A DNA stretch of 64,000 bases, from contig JAYWIR010000001.1 in assembly GCA_036172245.1 (NCBI GenBank), positions 3,596,001 to 3,660,000 of the forward strand. The letters are read 5' to 3'. The first letter of the stretch is position 1; each line of letters opens with the position of its first letter. Below the pieces are notes generated by a model. The model was not told where the DNA came from, did no database searches, and was given only the letters and a program-made list of their open reading frames with translations. The position numbers and the translations under genes are program-made. Positions 11,720-23,149 of this stretch are shown piece by piece. Source of the stretch: Raillietiella orientalis (taxonomy: Eukaryota).

Positions 11720-12430
11720 ACCAGAATGAAAAAAACAAACAAAAATAAAGAAATCGTTTCAATAGTGTGTTCGATTTTAAGAACAGGAAGCAGCACACAA
11801 ACACCCATTCCACAAATAGAAACGGGCAATCTCTGGCATTCATCCATCAAAGAAGACTTACAATCGATCCTTTCTACCTCTGTATACGAAGCAGCATACG
11901 CGCGGAGTTTAAGCTGTGCTTCGGATCCTGGGCGATGATTTTGAAGGAGATGGGCGCACAGTTTTGGTACGAAGATCGTTAGTTTTATGGCCACGGAACG
12001 GGAAACCACCGTGATGGAGAATGTCTTCCGAAGATACAAGGACCGCGCTGGAACGCTTGCCAGGAAATTCCCAATACAATAAAACGCATCCAGCCGCGGT
12101 TCCAGCAGCAATTCTGGAAATCGGTGCCGGCTCGTTGTGGAGCGAACGCGTGATGAGGTAATCGAAAGCGGCGTGAAGAGAGTGGCGGTCGTGGTAGTCG
12201 TGGCACGGAAGAGTGAAGCAATCCGGTGCTGAGCTCGCGGTCTGAACAAGTGATGAGCCTGCCACCTTGGAGGGAGTGGATCCTGAAGCGTTTCGATCCG
12301 GGACTTGCCGTAGCCCTGTGAGCTATCGCTCTTGATCTGAGATCCCATGCGAATGAGGAGGACATGAAAGCGCTCCGTGGCCAAAAGACTTCTTCGGTTC
12401 GCCGTATGCGTGGCACCACGTCACAGCTTC
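11720..12430 (-). mobile_element. Decayed LINE ORF2 C-terminus (zf-RVT-like) and T-rich 3' UTR
   Basis: Frame-shifted peptides LPPRWQAHHLF, C..C..DRHSLHAAFD and SVAIKLTIFVPKLCAHL resemble the C-terminal peptides at 23760-24229 and 28419-28710. A T-rich tract follows. Confidence 0.3.
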
Positions 12431-15130
12431 GAACTACAGCTGAGGGTTCAGGAAGAGCGGGTACCTCTTGGTATTAACCCCATCCTTGAGGATGGGTTTT
12501 CTATGGGAGTCCCGCTGCTCTTTCCCATCTCCGAGGGAGGACCTATCCTCCAGCAAAAATCAAGGCTGGGCTTCTTGGAAAGGCTTCTTCCTTTCCATTT
12601 GCTGGCGAAGGAGCGGCACTCTGCTTGCAGTTGCGCAATGCTTTTTCCTGTCCTCTTAACCGTGGTGCCTCTTTCCTGGCTGCACCCTGCTGATGGGGAC
12701 TCAAGGTGCCTTCCGTAGCTGGGAGGAAGGCGTCACTTCAGGGGAATCTGAACACACAGCAGCGTGACGAGGAGTTCGTGCGTGCATCCTCCAGAAAGAA
12801 TGCTCGTACACACATACGTGTTGCGCACACGTGCTTTCGCGCGTATTGGCGTTCCTGGCTTAAGATGCAAGGCCGGTGTGGTGTGGTGAGCACGTTCATC
12901 CGCAAGAGCCTCCCACCGCCCGATTCATTCCATGAAGACGCATTTCCAGCTCGGCATCGATGTGAACGGACTGCCTGCACACACGAGCGACGCGTGTGCA
13001 GTGCTTCGGAACCCGCGGCAGGCAACTCCTGGGAATGTGGATTCGCGACCGGTTGTGGCGGGATGTTTATTTTAAAGTGAACCGCAAATTGGAGGAGCAG
13101 TGTCCCCTAAATACAAAGGAATCCAAAAAGCAAAGAAGTTCATTGGGGGTGACCACGTCACGCAGGCCGGCTTCTAAAAAAGTAGGAAACGAAGGGAGAG
13201 GACAATAAATAAACAAATAAAAGACAGAAGGGAAGGGACGAGGGTCTTTGGTACAGCACGTTTTTTGCTTACTAATTCCAGCTCTGCATGGAGGCGATCT
13301 CGTTGACGACTTCTGGCAGATGAGGCCACCTTGCAGCCAGCCGCCCTCACGAAGGCGGCTGCCATGCTGGCGGGCGGCCACCCTTCGCTGCGAAGGAGAC
13401 TCCGCCACGTAGCGGACTGTCACGACGGTGGCGCGGATGTGACAGATGTCTGAGATCATAGCTCTGTACCAGTTGGGTCCCAGCTGTGTACCAGTTCTGT
13501 ACACAGAACAGATCACAGAACTGTACCAGGTTTCTGATCATAGAACTGTATCACCCGGTACAGTCGGGGGATGCAACCCCTCCGGAAACTCGATGTCGTC
13601 GCTCGTCACACTGGAATCCACAGTGGATGAAGAGCAGTACGAACTGCTTCCAGGCTAGGGGAAACAACAAACCGTCCACACAATGGGGAGGGATTACAAG
13701 TTCTTCGGGTACAACGCTCAGAAGTTCGCTCCACCGAAGGAGTCCCTTTATCAAAGCAGTCAAAGTGGCAGCATCCTCCAGCTCGCCCATCTTCCAGCCG
13801 CCGAGGATCGTTTTTTTCCGTGTTAGTGCAGGAAAACTCCCACCTCACCTGTTGGCTACTGGTCTTTCCCTGAGGACAGACAGCGCTGCATCGAGGGGTG
13901 TGGCGGCCAGCGTTGAAAACTTCACTGCGTTCTGCATCACCAGTTCCAGTGGGAGCGGTAACAGATGTCTCAGGCGGTGAAGATCTTCAGATCTTTCCTG
14001 GAACGCACTCTATAATTAAACAGCCTCCTCCCGCCAAGCATTATGAAATGCTTAAGTCGGACTGAGGGAAGCGTGGTTTCCGCTTCCTCCCTTGCAAAGG
14101 CTGGTCCCGCATACTCATGGATTTTGGGAAAAGTTGCAGGTGCATCCTCGCAATTGGCCGAAAATGGTCTTTGAGGGCTCGAGCCCTTTCCCTGTACACA
14201 AAAGTACACAACAACATACATGTATACATGTATACCTCTTCAGATAGATGGCCGCTGAAGAAGATCTCCACGGTGACCAATGTCTGATCTCCCGTTGCGT
14301 GCTGGATTACTTCGAGGGCAGAGCACGCGTTCCCTTCCAACCTCTCCCTCTCTTTCACTCATCGACTCGATTTCGAATGCTTCGAGTGCTTTTTTTCACG
14401 CATGTGGATGAGTTTTACTTATTCCAGAGATGAACAGGAGAAATCATGAACAGGACATTCCTTTTGCTTTCGCCAGATGAGGTCAGTTCCTTTTTGTGCA
14501 GAAGGTAGGGTTCTCGAATAGCCTTTTTTTTTTTTAAAAAAAAAAGGCACAAATAATTTGGTGTTTTCGGAATATCCATCGGCTATTTACTCTCCTGCAG
14601 GAGCTTCATGCATGCTGAATGGGCACCGTCCAGAATCCATAAAACATCTGCAGGAGAGCAGATATCCGGGCACTCCTTCGGCATCAGGGTGTCAAGGATA
14701 GACGTGAACTTTTTTCTTTTATTGGAGACATCTACGGAGTTCTCTCTTAGAAGAGTTCGGTTAGCCATGACGTAACACGCAGTACGGCCTTAGTCATCCC
14801 ATTTTGTATCCACAAAGGAACTCTGAGTGGTCTCTAGCACGGGTCAATCAAAACCCTTCGTGGAGCAAGATGAGACAAAATGATCCGCGCTGCCTGGCAC
14901 GAGGCAACATCCCTAAGGACCCCCACTACCGCAGCGGGATGCTAATGCAACTGCGCTCGACAAGAAAGAATTACAGTTCTGGGAACCTCGCAGCTGCTCT
15001 AAAGCGAGGCACATGCTCCCTTCATCCTCATTCACTGCTCCTCTTTCCTCTGGATCAGGGAGAAGATTTAGGTTTTCTCAGTCCTACGCAGTGACGACCT
15101 AAGCTTCGTGTGAGAGTGCAGTAAATTCCA

Positions 15131-15356
15131 TCTAATCTACCTAACCTAACCCGACTAGCTCAACTTAACCTAACCTCAGCTACCTAACCTGACCTGACCT
15201 AACCTACCTTACCTAATCTAACCTGATGTAACCTAACCTATCTAATCAAACCTAACCCCATCTACCTAACCTAACTCAATCCAACCTACCTAACCTAACC
15301 TGACCTGACCTGACCTGACCTACCTAATCTAACCTAATGTAATCCAACCTACCTAA
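15131..15356 (+). repeat. Degenerate interstitial (CCTAA)n / (TTAGG)n-type tract with CCTGA and CCTA variants
   Basis: About 225 bp of cctaa/cctga/ccta/tctaa units. TTAGG is the common arthropod telomere repeat. Confidence 0.85.
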
Positions 15357-15364
15357 GTCTCTTC

Positions 15365-16060
15365 AGATGGGACACAGGAGCGGTGAAGAGCAAGAGTCTT
15401 GGCAACAGCTTCCGCGTGCCTTCGAGAGCACCGGGTGATTTCTGCCGAAGCGTCAGGCGGGGCGAGGCGTCAGCAAAGAACGAAAACCGCAGATGCGATC
15501 ATCAGATCGAGTCCGCCTCCTCGCAGAGAAGAGGCTGACTCGATTTGATGATACTCTGTGAGCCGGGAATGCCGCCCGGTCCTGTACACAGCTTCCAGGG
15601 GTGCGAGCGAGCGCCGGATGCACTCTCGGACGTCCTTGCGCGCGTAGCGGAGCTTCCTGCCTGCGCAGCGTTCCGCCGTTTGGAAGAAGACCGGAAATTT
15701 GTTTTTGCGGAACTTGACTGGAATTTCGCCCGCGAAACCTTTGTAGGCGGGCGTGTAGGAGCGCGTGCGTGCGACCGTCTCCTTCTGTTCCGCAATCAGT
15801 GGGATGCATTCGTTTGAGGGCGTGAAATACGGCTGCTGTTTTCCTGAGTTTAGCAACCCCGGGAAAGGAGTTGAGGAATTTCTGCCCGTTCCCGATGGTG
15901 TCGCTCCCGAGGAATGGGCACACCTTGCAGTAAATTCCAGACGATTTCCCTGCAAGGGATTTCTGCCGAGGTACCAGCCGCCATTTTGATGCAGTGCTTC
16001 TCCGAGGATCACGAAGACATGGCGGAAGCTGCACTACCCGAAGCATATGAATTTTGGATT
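15365..16060 (+). pseudogene. Possible decayed pogo/Tigger-like (DDE_1) transposase
   Basis: Frame-shifted plus-strand peptides occur in the expected order: RKFVFAELD, ETFVGGRVGAR, RATVSFCSAISG (cf. TVxxCxSAxG), EEFLP, KTWRKL. Weak, by eye only. Confidence 0.25.
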
Positions 16061-16468
16061 GTGCGAATTTCAATTCCCATCCCGAAGGAGGCGTGGCAGC
16101 GCTCGGAGGATCAGGAGCGATGGCTCGGGGACTGAGAAGATGTTCATCTCTCCTCCTGACTAAGACAGATGAGGCTTTCGTAACCGTCGCTAGGGGTCGT
16201 GTGCGTGCACATCGAGGTGATGGCATACGCCTAACGTAAATGCCATTCTGTGAGTCCCCCCCAAGCAACGAATGAGTTATGCGGTGCGGTACGTATGAGC
16301 TTGTATTCCGCGCTTGTACAATCGTCAGAACGTCTGCATAAATCGAAAGACGGGAGTTCCAGGTGCGAGTCATGCAAACCTGTCGGTCAACGGGTACCTC
16401 ACGCGTGCCAAGCACGTGTTTACTTGGCGTATGCTGATGGACAAACACCGACGGACAAACTCCGCGGA

Positions 16469-17300
16469 GCGTGCGGTCGAGGGAGTTTGAGCTAACTCTT
16501 CGATGGATCGCTTTGCGGGGTTGGGTGTGAGGTGTGTCCCAGCCAAGACATTTCACCCCCACTCGTTTCTCTGGACAAGTAGCTGTCGACGGTACTTCTC
16601 CATGTCTCGCGGCGATTTTCTTTCATCCGGTCAGCGGTGGGAGCAGTTCGCTTCAAGCGTAACATAGCAACAGAACGCGAAATCTCGACCAAGCGAGCAT
16701 CGAGCTGCAATCCCAGGTGGTTTCCCGTTCCGTGACTTTAATGCGGAGGGAAGGTGCACCTTCTCTTTTCCACAGCCCTTTTCGAAGTCTGAAAATCCTG
16801 CACTTCCTCGCTTCCTGCACTCTTTGCCCTCTAAGCCGAGCGGTTCTCTGGGCGATTTCTGCTGGTGGTTTTCCAACGTGTCATTTCCTTCCGCCTCTTC
16901 CTCGTTAAAAGACGTTCGGTTTCCTCAGAAACAATGCACTCCGATTTGCACCCTTTCCTTTTCTGGACGCGCGGAAGTGACTCCTAATGTCCTGTTTGCT
17001 TCTTATGATCCTTCTAGAGACGCATTTCGGAATGCAACGTTCGCTCTTCTGCTCTTGGTCTTCTTCAGAACTCGCTTCGAGATTCTTCTTTCCTTAGCCT
17101 GAATGGATTGGAACCCGTTGCTTCCAGGTCTCATGCTTTCTGGTATTCTCAATTGCCTTATGGAACGCCGACGTAAAAAGGTGAAAACCCAAGGAGCGTG
17201 CTGCCGAGGAAGTTTGAGCGAACCATCGATGGACTGCTTTGTGTTCAGGAATGGGGTGGGATGTAGGGTGTCCCAGCAAAGAAAGTTTCAATCCCTCCTC
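16469..17300 (+). repeat. Pair of diverged ~95-bp direct repeats (16469-16564 and 17196-17300)
   Basis: Both copies read gcgtgc...cgagg(g/a)agtttgagc...tcgatgga...gctttg...gtgtcccagc. Confidence 0.6.
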
Positions 17301-17699
17301 CCTATTTCTGCGGGGCATGATGAGCGCGAGGGTCAGACTGACGTCGCCCTGCCACGTTTATTGAATGCAGATTTCGGGATTAAGGCCATCCTGATGTCTC
17401 CCACTCCAGGATCTCATCCTATGTTTGCTATCACTACCAAGATCTATGCCTATGGCGCTGCAGCTACAGGAAAGCCCTCGCGGGACCCTCAGAAACTTTG
17501 AGAAAGAGTACTGGGTGGCAGGAAGGACATTGTCCGGACGCTGGGTACACTTTGGACTCTGAGAGCGCCATCCATCTTCAGGGCACGTTGCTCCAGCAAG
17601 TAGGTGAGTCGCCACTCACTTCCCGGAGGATTTCCGATTCCGTGACCACCGTTCGGCTGCCACTACCTCCCACGTTCGAACGACATGCACACATATCAA

Positions 17700-18340
17700 A
17701 AAAAAATGTCAGGCTGGTGCCGGTATGTGGCTCGCACGCACGGAGATCAGATCGATCGGGTTGAGGATCATGGCGTTTTCTCGAAGCTTCCCTCTCGCGA
17801 GCGCCCTCCCCGAGAAGATGTGTCCAGACACGTACCTGGTTTCTCACTTTCTTCAGGTCTCCATAGAGAGCGAGATGGGGTCCCCTGTTGACCTGCGAAG
17901 TGTGGAAACCCAGCTCGTGCACGCTTTTTATTGCTGATGCTCACAGGTTTCCGGTGGTTGGCTATTGTGCATTTTTCCAGAGCATGCCTGGAGCAGCTGG
18001 CCGCCACCACCGCCTATTTAAGCGGAAGACTCGCCTACAAATTGCATGACTGTTTAAATCTCCGTGAACCCCGCGTTCCTCTTAAGGGGCCAGATGGACG
18101 CCTCTGCGCGCTTCATTTCGAACGTGACCTTACTGTCCCGTTTTCAGTGTGGCTCTATGCACATTTTTCGAAAGCTCTCCAGAATCTCGACCCTTTGGTC
18201 TTTTGGGCTCTGTGCCAATAGTGTGATGGCTCCTCCGCTGCTACCATAGCGAGAAGCACTACTGTCGCAGCACAGGCCACATTTGTCAACTCGGAACACC
18301 TTCGAGAACAAGCTGACCCAATCGAAAACAAACAAACAAA
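17700..18340 (+). mobile_element. Decayed LINE ORF2 C-terminus (zf-RVT-like)
   Basis: Peptide PC..C..VETQLVHAFYC, assembled across frames, fits the CxxC...ETxxHxxxxC motif. An (aaac)n tail lies at ~18326-18341. Confidence 0.35.
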
Positions 18341-18599
18341 CCATGGAGTCTTTGAAAGAAAACTACTCAGCAGGATGTCAAAACGGAAGCAGGTAGATCC
18401 AGTGGATCTCGGAGAAATACAAAGACTATACAGAATCTGCTGATAGAAGACTCTAGAGGCGACCCTGGTGCCGAAGGACGCAAATCGCAGGATTTTCACT
18501 GGTGAATTGCAAGAAAATCATCTGCAGATCCCTCTGCACTGAAGAATGTTAAAATAGAAAGGAACCTCCTAGGAACACCAATTCCCGGATCCTACCACA

Positions 18600-20450
18600 T
18601 TCAAGACTGATGAGGTCAAAACAATCTTCTGGAGGATCTGATGGAATCCCCCGCATCGGCTAGAAGTAAATACTAACAAAAGTGTTCAACACATATGCCA
18701 CAGCTTCAGAAGAGTGCCGATGAACAGGAAGCACTCCGAAAGGATCGATCGGCGATCGTACCTAATGCCAGTATGGAAACTGCCTCTTCAGATTTCGATG
18801 GTGGGCTATTGACAACCAAGTTCTCTACCAGAAGAAGAAGGAATTTCCATCATATGATAGAGTCCTGCAACAAAACTTGGTACTACAAACACGCTTCGGC
18901 AACGCTGGACATGGATCAGATCCATGTATTGCGTTCGTGAATCTGAAATATGCATCTGGGACAAACCCCGACGGTCTGACACATGGGCTCCTCAGAGAGT
19001 GCCAAGTAAGAGAGAGAATTGGAAAACTCACATTGTAGACCTGAAAAAGTGAACTCGTGTTTTTTTTACTCTTGAGGCAACCATGCTTGTACTTGGACAA
19101 ACCGTCTGGACTAAGTTAATTCCGATACGAGCCCAGGAAGCAGCAAGTTTTTAGCAAAAGCAGTCGCCATAATGGAGTGTGCGTCTACTGGAAGCTGGAT
19201 CCCACGAGAAGCTGTTCCATTCCCCACACTTGTGATCTACCAACGTCTGGGAGTACTCAAGAAATTAGAAAGGATGTTTCTGGATAAAGGTGGCTTGATG
19301 ATGCCACTTAAACCCGATCCGCCTCAAGGGTGGCTTTGCCGCCGCAAGTACCCAGGTTCGAGGCAAGAAGCGTGGGCCGGAACCAAGTAGCTCACCTTGA
19401 AGTAGGATCACTGCATTAGCTGCTGCCACAGACAGCTCTCGGGTCTTTTCCGCCTACTCATGGCATGCCTGCGTCCCAACTCGTGATGAGGCACTAGCCT
19501 CTCGAGGGATAAGTTGTTTGAAGGCTCCCCATCTCAAGCATAGCCACATGTGTTTGAAAGGATGTGAAGAAGGAAAACGCTTAGATCAGGAAAAGTACAT
19601 GCCATGCGTCGAGAAGCATCGGATTTCAGATCATTTTCTGTTCGACGGCTAAACCCCGAGGTTCTTCGACTACAGGCAGATACACCCGTGTGGTGCAACG
19701 CGACCTTCTGCCTGTAGGGATACTGCCACCTGAACGGTGCTGGGGGTATGCATAAGGTCTGAAAGGCGAGAGGAATCCTAGGGAACGCCATTAACAGGTG
19801 CATCAGAATGAGATTGCGGAGAGACACGGAGAACTGTTTACCTACAAAGAAGCAATGGGAACGGGTAGTTCCAACCAAGCCATTTCGGGGACAAACCCAC
19901 AGCTAAGGCAGAATATGCTGCTCCAGGAAAAGTGTTCACCCCAGACATCGCTTACGGCTTCTATGAACACTCTTCCACAGCATTGGAAGGCGTAAGACGG
20001 AAGAAGGGGAATAAATGCTCAAAACTGACTCTCCACTCCGCCTCTGCAGCAGTGTCTGCCAGAGGAACAGGAATAATCGCAGGATTTCTGGGATTTTGTG
20101 ACCCAACCAACCATGAAATCTTGAGGATGGAAAGTTATCAAGAAATAGGAGGCGTACATCGAGCAGAAACGGCAGTTGTAAACGTTCAGCATTCGAAGAT
20201 CGCTTTAACTAAAACCAATGGGAGGAGGGAGGAATAGGCTGAGAAGCTGATGGAAGCCCTCATTTTACATCTGTCACTTCATGAACATGCTCTGTGCAAT
20301 CTTGCCGCCGACAAAATTCCTCATACTTGGAGCAAGAAGGGGATATTGACTTTCCGGACCGAAATACCGAAGAGATCGTATGTCCGGTCATTCTAGCCTT
20401 TTGGCTAAGATCAAAGTGTGTGCGGTCATGGGTTCCGGATGAGGGATTTC
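18600..20450 (+). pseudogene. Highly decayed LINE ORF2 (RT and post-RT region)
   Basis: KQSSGGSDGIP resembles KSPGxDGxP, and DGLTHGLL resembles DxxxHxxL. The post-RT peptide NQAISGTNPQLRQNMLLQE...KLTLH matches NRQISGTDPKLRSNLVLHD...GVTLH at 34620-34800. Confidence 0.35.
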
Positions 20451-20949
20451 AAACATGGTGCCACTTGACATTCCTCTTCATCTAGACTTGAGTGAAGGAA
20501 AAAGGATGGAAGGCTTTTGGAGTAATGGATGAAATCCAAGCTTCTGTAAGAAGGGATTGTAGACCGCTTCTTCGTCATCTCCCTCCCAAGAAGAGGCAGG
20601 ACTGCACTTTCGTGAGTGCGTGAGAGTTGATGAAGCGGACGAAGTTATCCGTGTCCTCCTCTGTGATTCTTGGAGCAGTGTATCTGAAGCTCGCCGACGT
20701 TCAGCCAGTCCAGCCACTTCCCTCCGAGAGATGCAGTTGCCAAGCTCGAATGTTCTAGGAAAACTTTCTTCCGAATTCCAGCACGAATTTTTAGTCTTCC
20801 CGAAACAGAGTCATTCCATCTTCCACATGTTTTTTTTTTTGACCGGAAAGACTTGGATGAACGGAAACGCTCTCCTTCCGAGTGCGAAGTTCCTTCGTCG
20901 CAAGGTGTGATGCAGATCTGGTCCATGAATCCCTGAGCCTTTGCCAGCC

Positions 20950-21510
20950 TGTGTGCGTACTGCCAACTCCTGCTTTCCCAGATGGCGTTCCCGGAAGTCC
21001 AGGGAACCTTGAGTTGCTTTGCCTATGCCCAACGCGGCTCCGGGCAGAGCACGTTGTGCCACGCAGCTCTGCTTCACCCAACGGCACATTCGGGCTCCCT
21101 CCGGGAACTTCTGATTTTTTTTTTTTATTCTTCCCCCAAGCGAGTAATCAGGCAGGTAACTGCGACGCTACATCGGTATTCCAGCCATCTGGTCGTCCTT
21201 TGCGACTGGAAGCACCACCGACACACTATTGGCTTCACTTTCATGACTGCGGCGGCGGCCGGCCGGTCGGCTGCGGCACTGCGTTCTGGGGGTTCGTATG
21301 TCCCGCTAAGTAATGGGCATCGCGTCCTGGGTTTCGAGTCTCCTCGTGATGGGGCAGGGACGGTTCCAGACTTAAGATGTGCATTGGTAGGGCGCGCTCG
21401 CGTCGGCGGTCAGATGCCCCGTTGAGTGGCCGGGAATCGGTAGTGAGCCCTTTGGAGTACCCTCCGAGAAACAGGCAGTGGCTTTCTCTTCGGGGTCCCC
21501 GCTGCCTCAT
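20950..21510 (+). mobile_element. ORF2 C-terminus-like remnant directly followed by the conserved 5' block of the LINE family (copy 3, 21320-21510)
   Basis: gcgtcctgggtttcgagtctcc and gatgccccgttgagtggccgggaatcggtagtgagccc match the other copies (e.g. gatgcctccgttgaggggccggaatttggcagtcgaccc at ~33060). The upstream peptide SGSLRELLIFFF...TIGFTFMTAA weakly resembles the family C-terminus. Confidence 0.45.
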
Positions 21511-21899
21511 TCACGAGCATCCCGTGTGTGTGACAGTGGGAACAGCCCTGCAACTCCCTCATGCTGGCGGTGTGCTCGGCGCTCCAAGAAGTGCAACAGT
21601 GGCTCCTGGACCCCTCTCAAACCAAGAAAATCAAGAAACAGGAAAGCTGGGAGGGCGATGAAAGTGGAAAGGATGAATCAGGATCCTTTCCAGAGCTCCT
21701 TCTCGCACATGAAGCATCCGCTTTCTCTTCGGCATTTGCGAGCACTTCCACAGAGATAAGGAAGTGTGTCGGGATAGAGTTTGGCAAGCAGAGGAAGAAA
21801 CCTGCAGGCAAGGATGCCGACTTCCAAATACACTTGGCCCTCAAGATGATCCATTCGTTGATTTTCATCCTAGGTGTGCAGATGAAGCACTGCCGCATT

Positions 21900-23079
21900 C
21901 TCTAAACAACTGCATGCCTCATTTTCGTCATTCTGCGCCTTGGTCCAGTGGATTGAGAGGGAGATAGGAAAGCCGTGGGATTGCTGGTAATTCTCCATTC
22001 CCTGGTGTGGAATCGAGTCTTCTGCTCCACCTTCCTCTGAAGAAGCCATTGAATGACACGCCTTGATCACTTTCAAGTCCATTCAGGAGCTCTCGAGGGG
22101 AAACAAAGAAACGAAGTACCAAGATTGCGGTACCTGCCTAGCGGCTTCCGGTTGTTCCCGAGTGACCTCATAGTTGATCTCGTTGGAATCTTAGGATCAT
22201 CAAGATGAACTGCTGCACCAAGTGAAGACTGCGGCTACACGCGGGTCGACATCCAGTGCCGACCTCAAGAATTCAGCATATCCGCGATATACATCAGCGT
22301 AACTACCCACCAGCCAACCTCCTGAGCTTGAAGAAGAGGAAGAGAATCAATTGCGGCGATGTCCTGTGGAAGACGCCTGCTCAATATCCATCCAAGACAT
22401 ACGACATAGCACTCCCTACCACACTACAGGGATTACTTCCTGATGCAATGCTTAGACTCACACAGTTGATGGATGTGAAGGGGCTGGGAAGAAACTGATC
22501 GTCTAACCCTTTATGAGCATTCCCCATTTTTTGAAGATCTCGTGCACTCCGAAAACATGGACTCTCACGCTTGGTGGGGAGCCCCGAAGGGAACCCTCCT
22601 CCCTGATTGTCTACGAAAGGAACCTCTTCTTATTCTCTCTGTAAGGACCCCATGAAGGGGCCACTCCATTATTTCTTCCCTGAAGGGAACCCGGAAAGGA
22701 TCCGCTCTTTGTTTTCCCACTTCTGGAGAAAACCTTGAAGGGACGCTTCCCAGTTTCTCTGAGGGTCGCTCCCCAAAGAGAGCAGCCCACTACTCCACAC
22801 TCTGAAAAGGTATCAATTCACCAGCTCCACGTTGCGAGATGGAGGGAGTGTTCCCCGAGAGCGGGAGATGGCTCCCTTTTCACAAACGGAGAAGAACCTC
22901 GAAGGGACCCGGCTCCTTGACTTCTGTAAGGACCCGGAAGAACCCCGAAAGGTCAACTTCCAAGGTCTGACCACTCATCAGCGACATCCAGGAATTTCCG
23001 GCTTTCACCAGTGCCGCCGCACCCGGATGTAGGCCAATCATGCCACCCTTGAGGGAACTCGGAACCCACGACGCACCTC
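21900..23079 (-). mobile_element. Decayed LINE 5' region plus possible ORF1 remnant, copy 4
   Basis: 22570-23079 carries the (c)cgaaggga motif array, gaagggacgcttccc, ggtcaacttccaa and actcggaacccacgacgcacc. Confidence 0.55.
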
Positions 23080-23149
23080 TTATTTCTCTGCCATCTTTTC
23101 CCTGGGCATTCGGACCCTCAATGCTTGGTACCAAGCGCGGAAACTGCAG

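Noticed and set aside
14521..14547. Palindrome gcc-Tn-An-ggc as a terminator
   Set aside because: A homopolymer-based palindrome in eukaryotic intergenic DNA, with no associated gene.
15453..16562. 369-aa minus-strand ORF
   Set aside because: No recognisable motif, and Arg/Ser/Pro-rich composition typical of chance ORFs. The weak transposase-like signal is on the opposite strand.
21317..21360. tRNA gene
   Set aside because: Only a T-arm-like motif is present, with no cloverleaf or A-box. It is part of the repeat 5' end.
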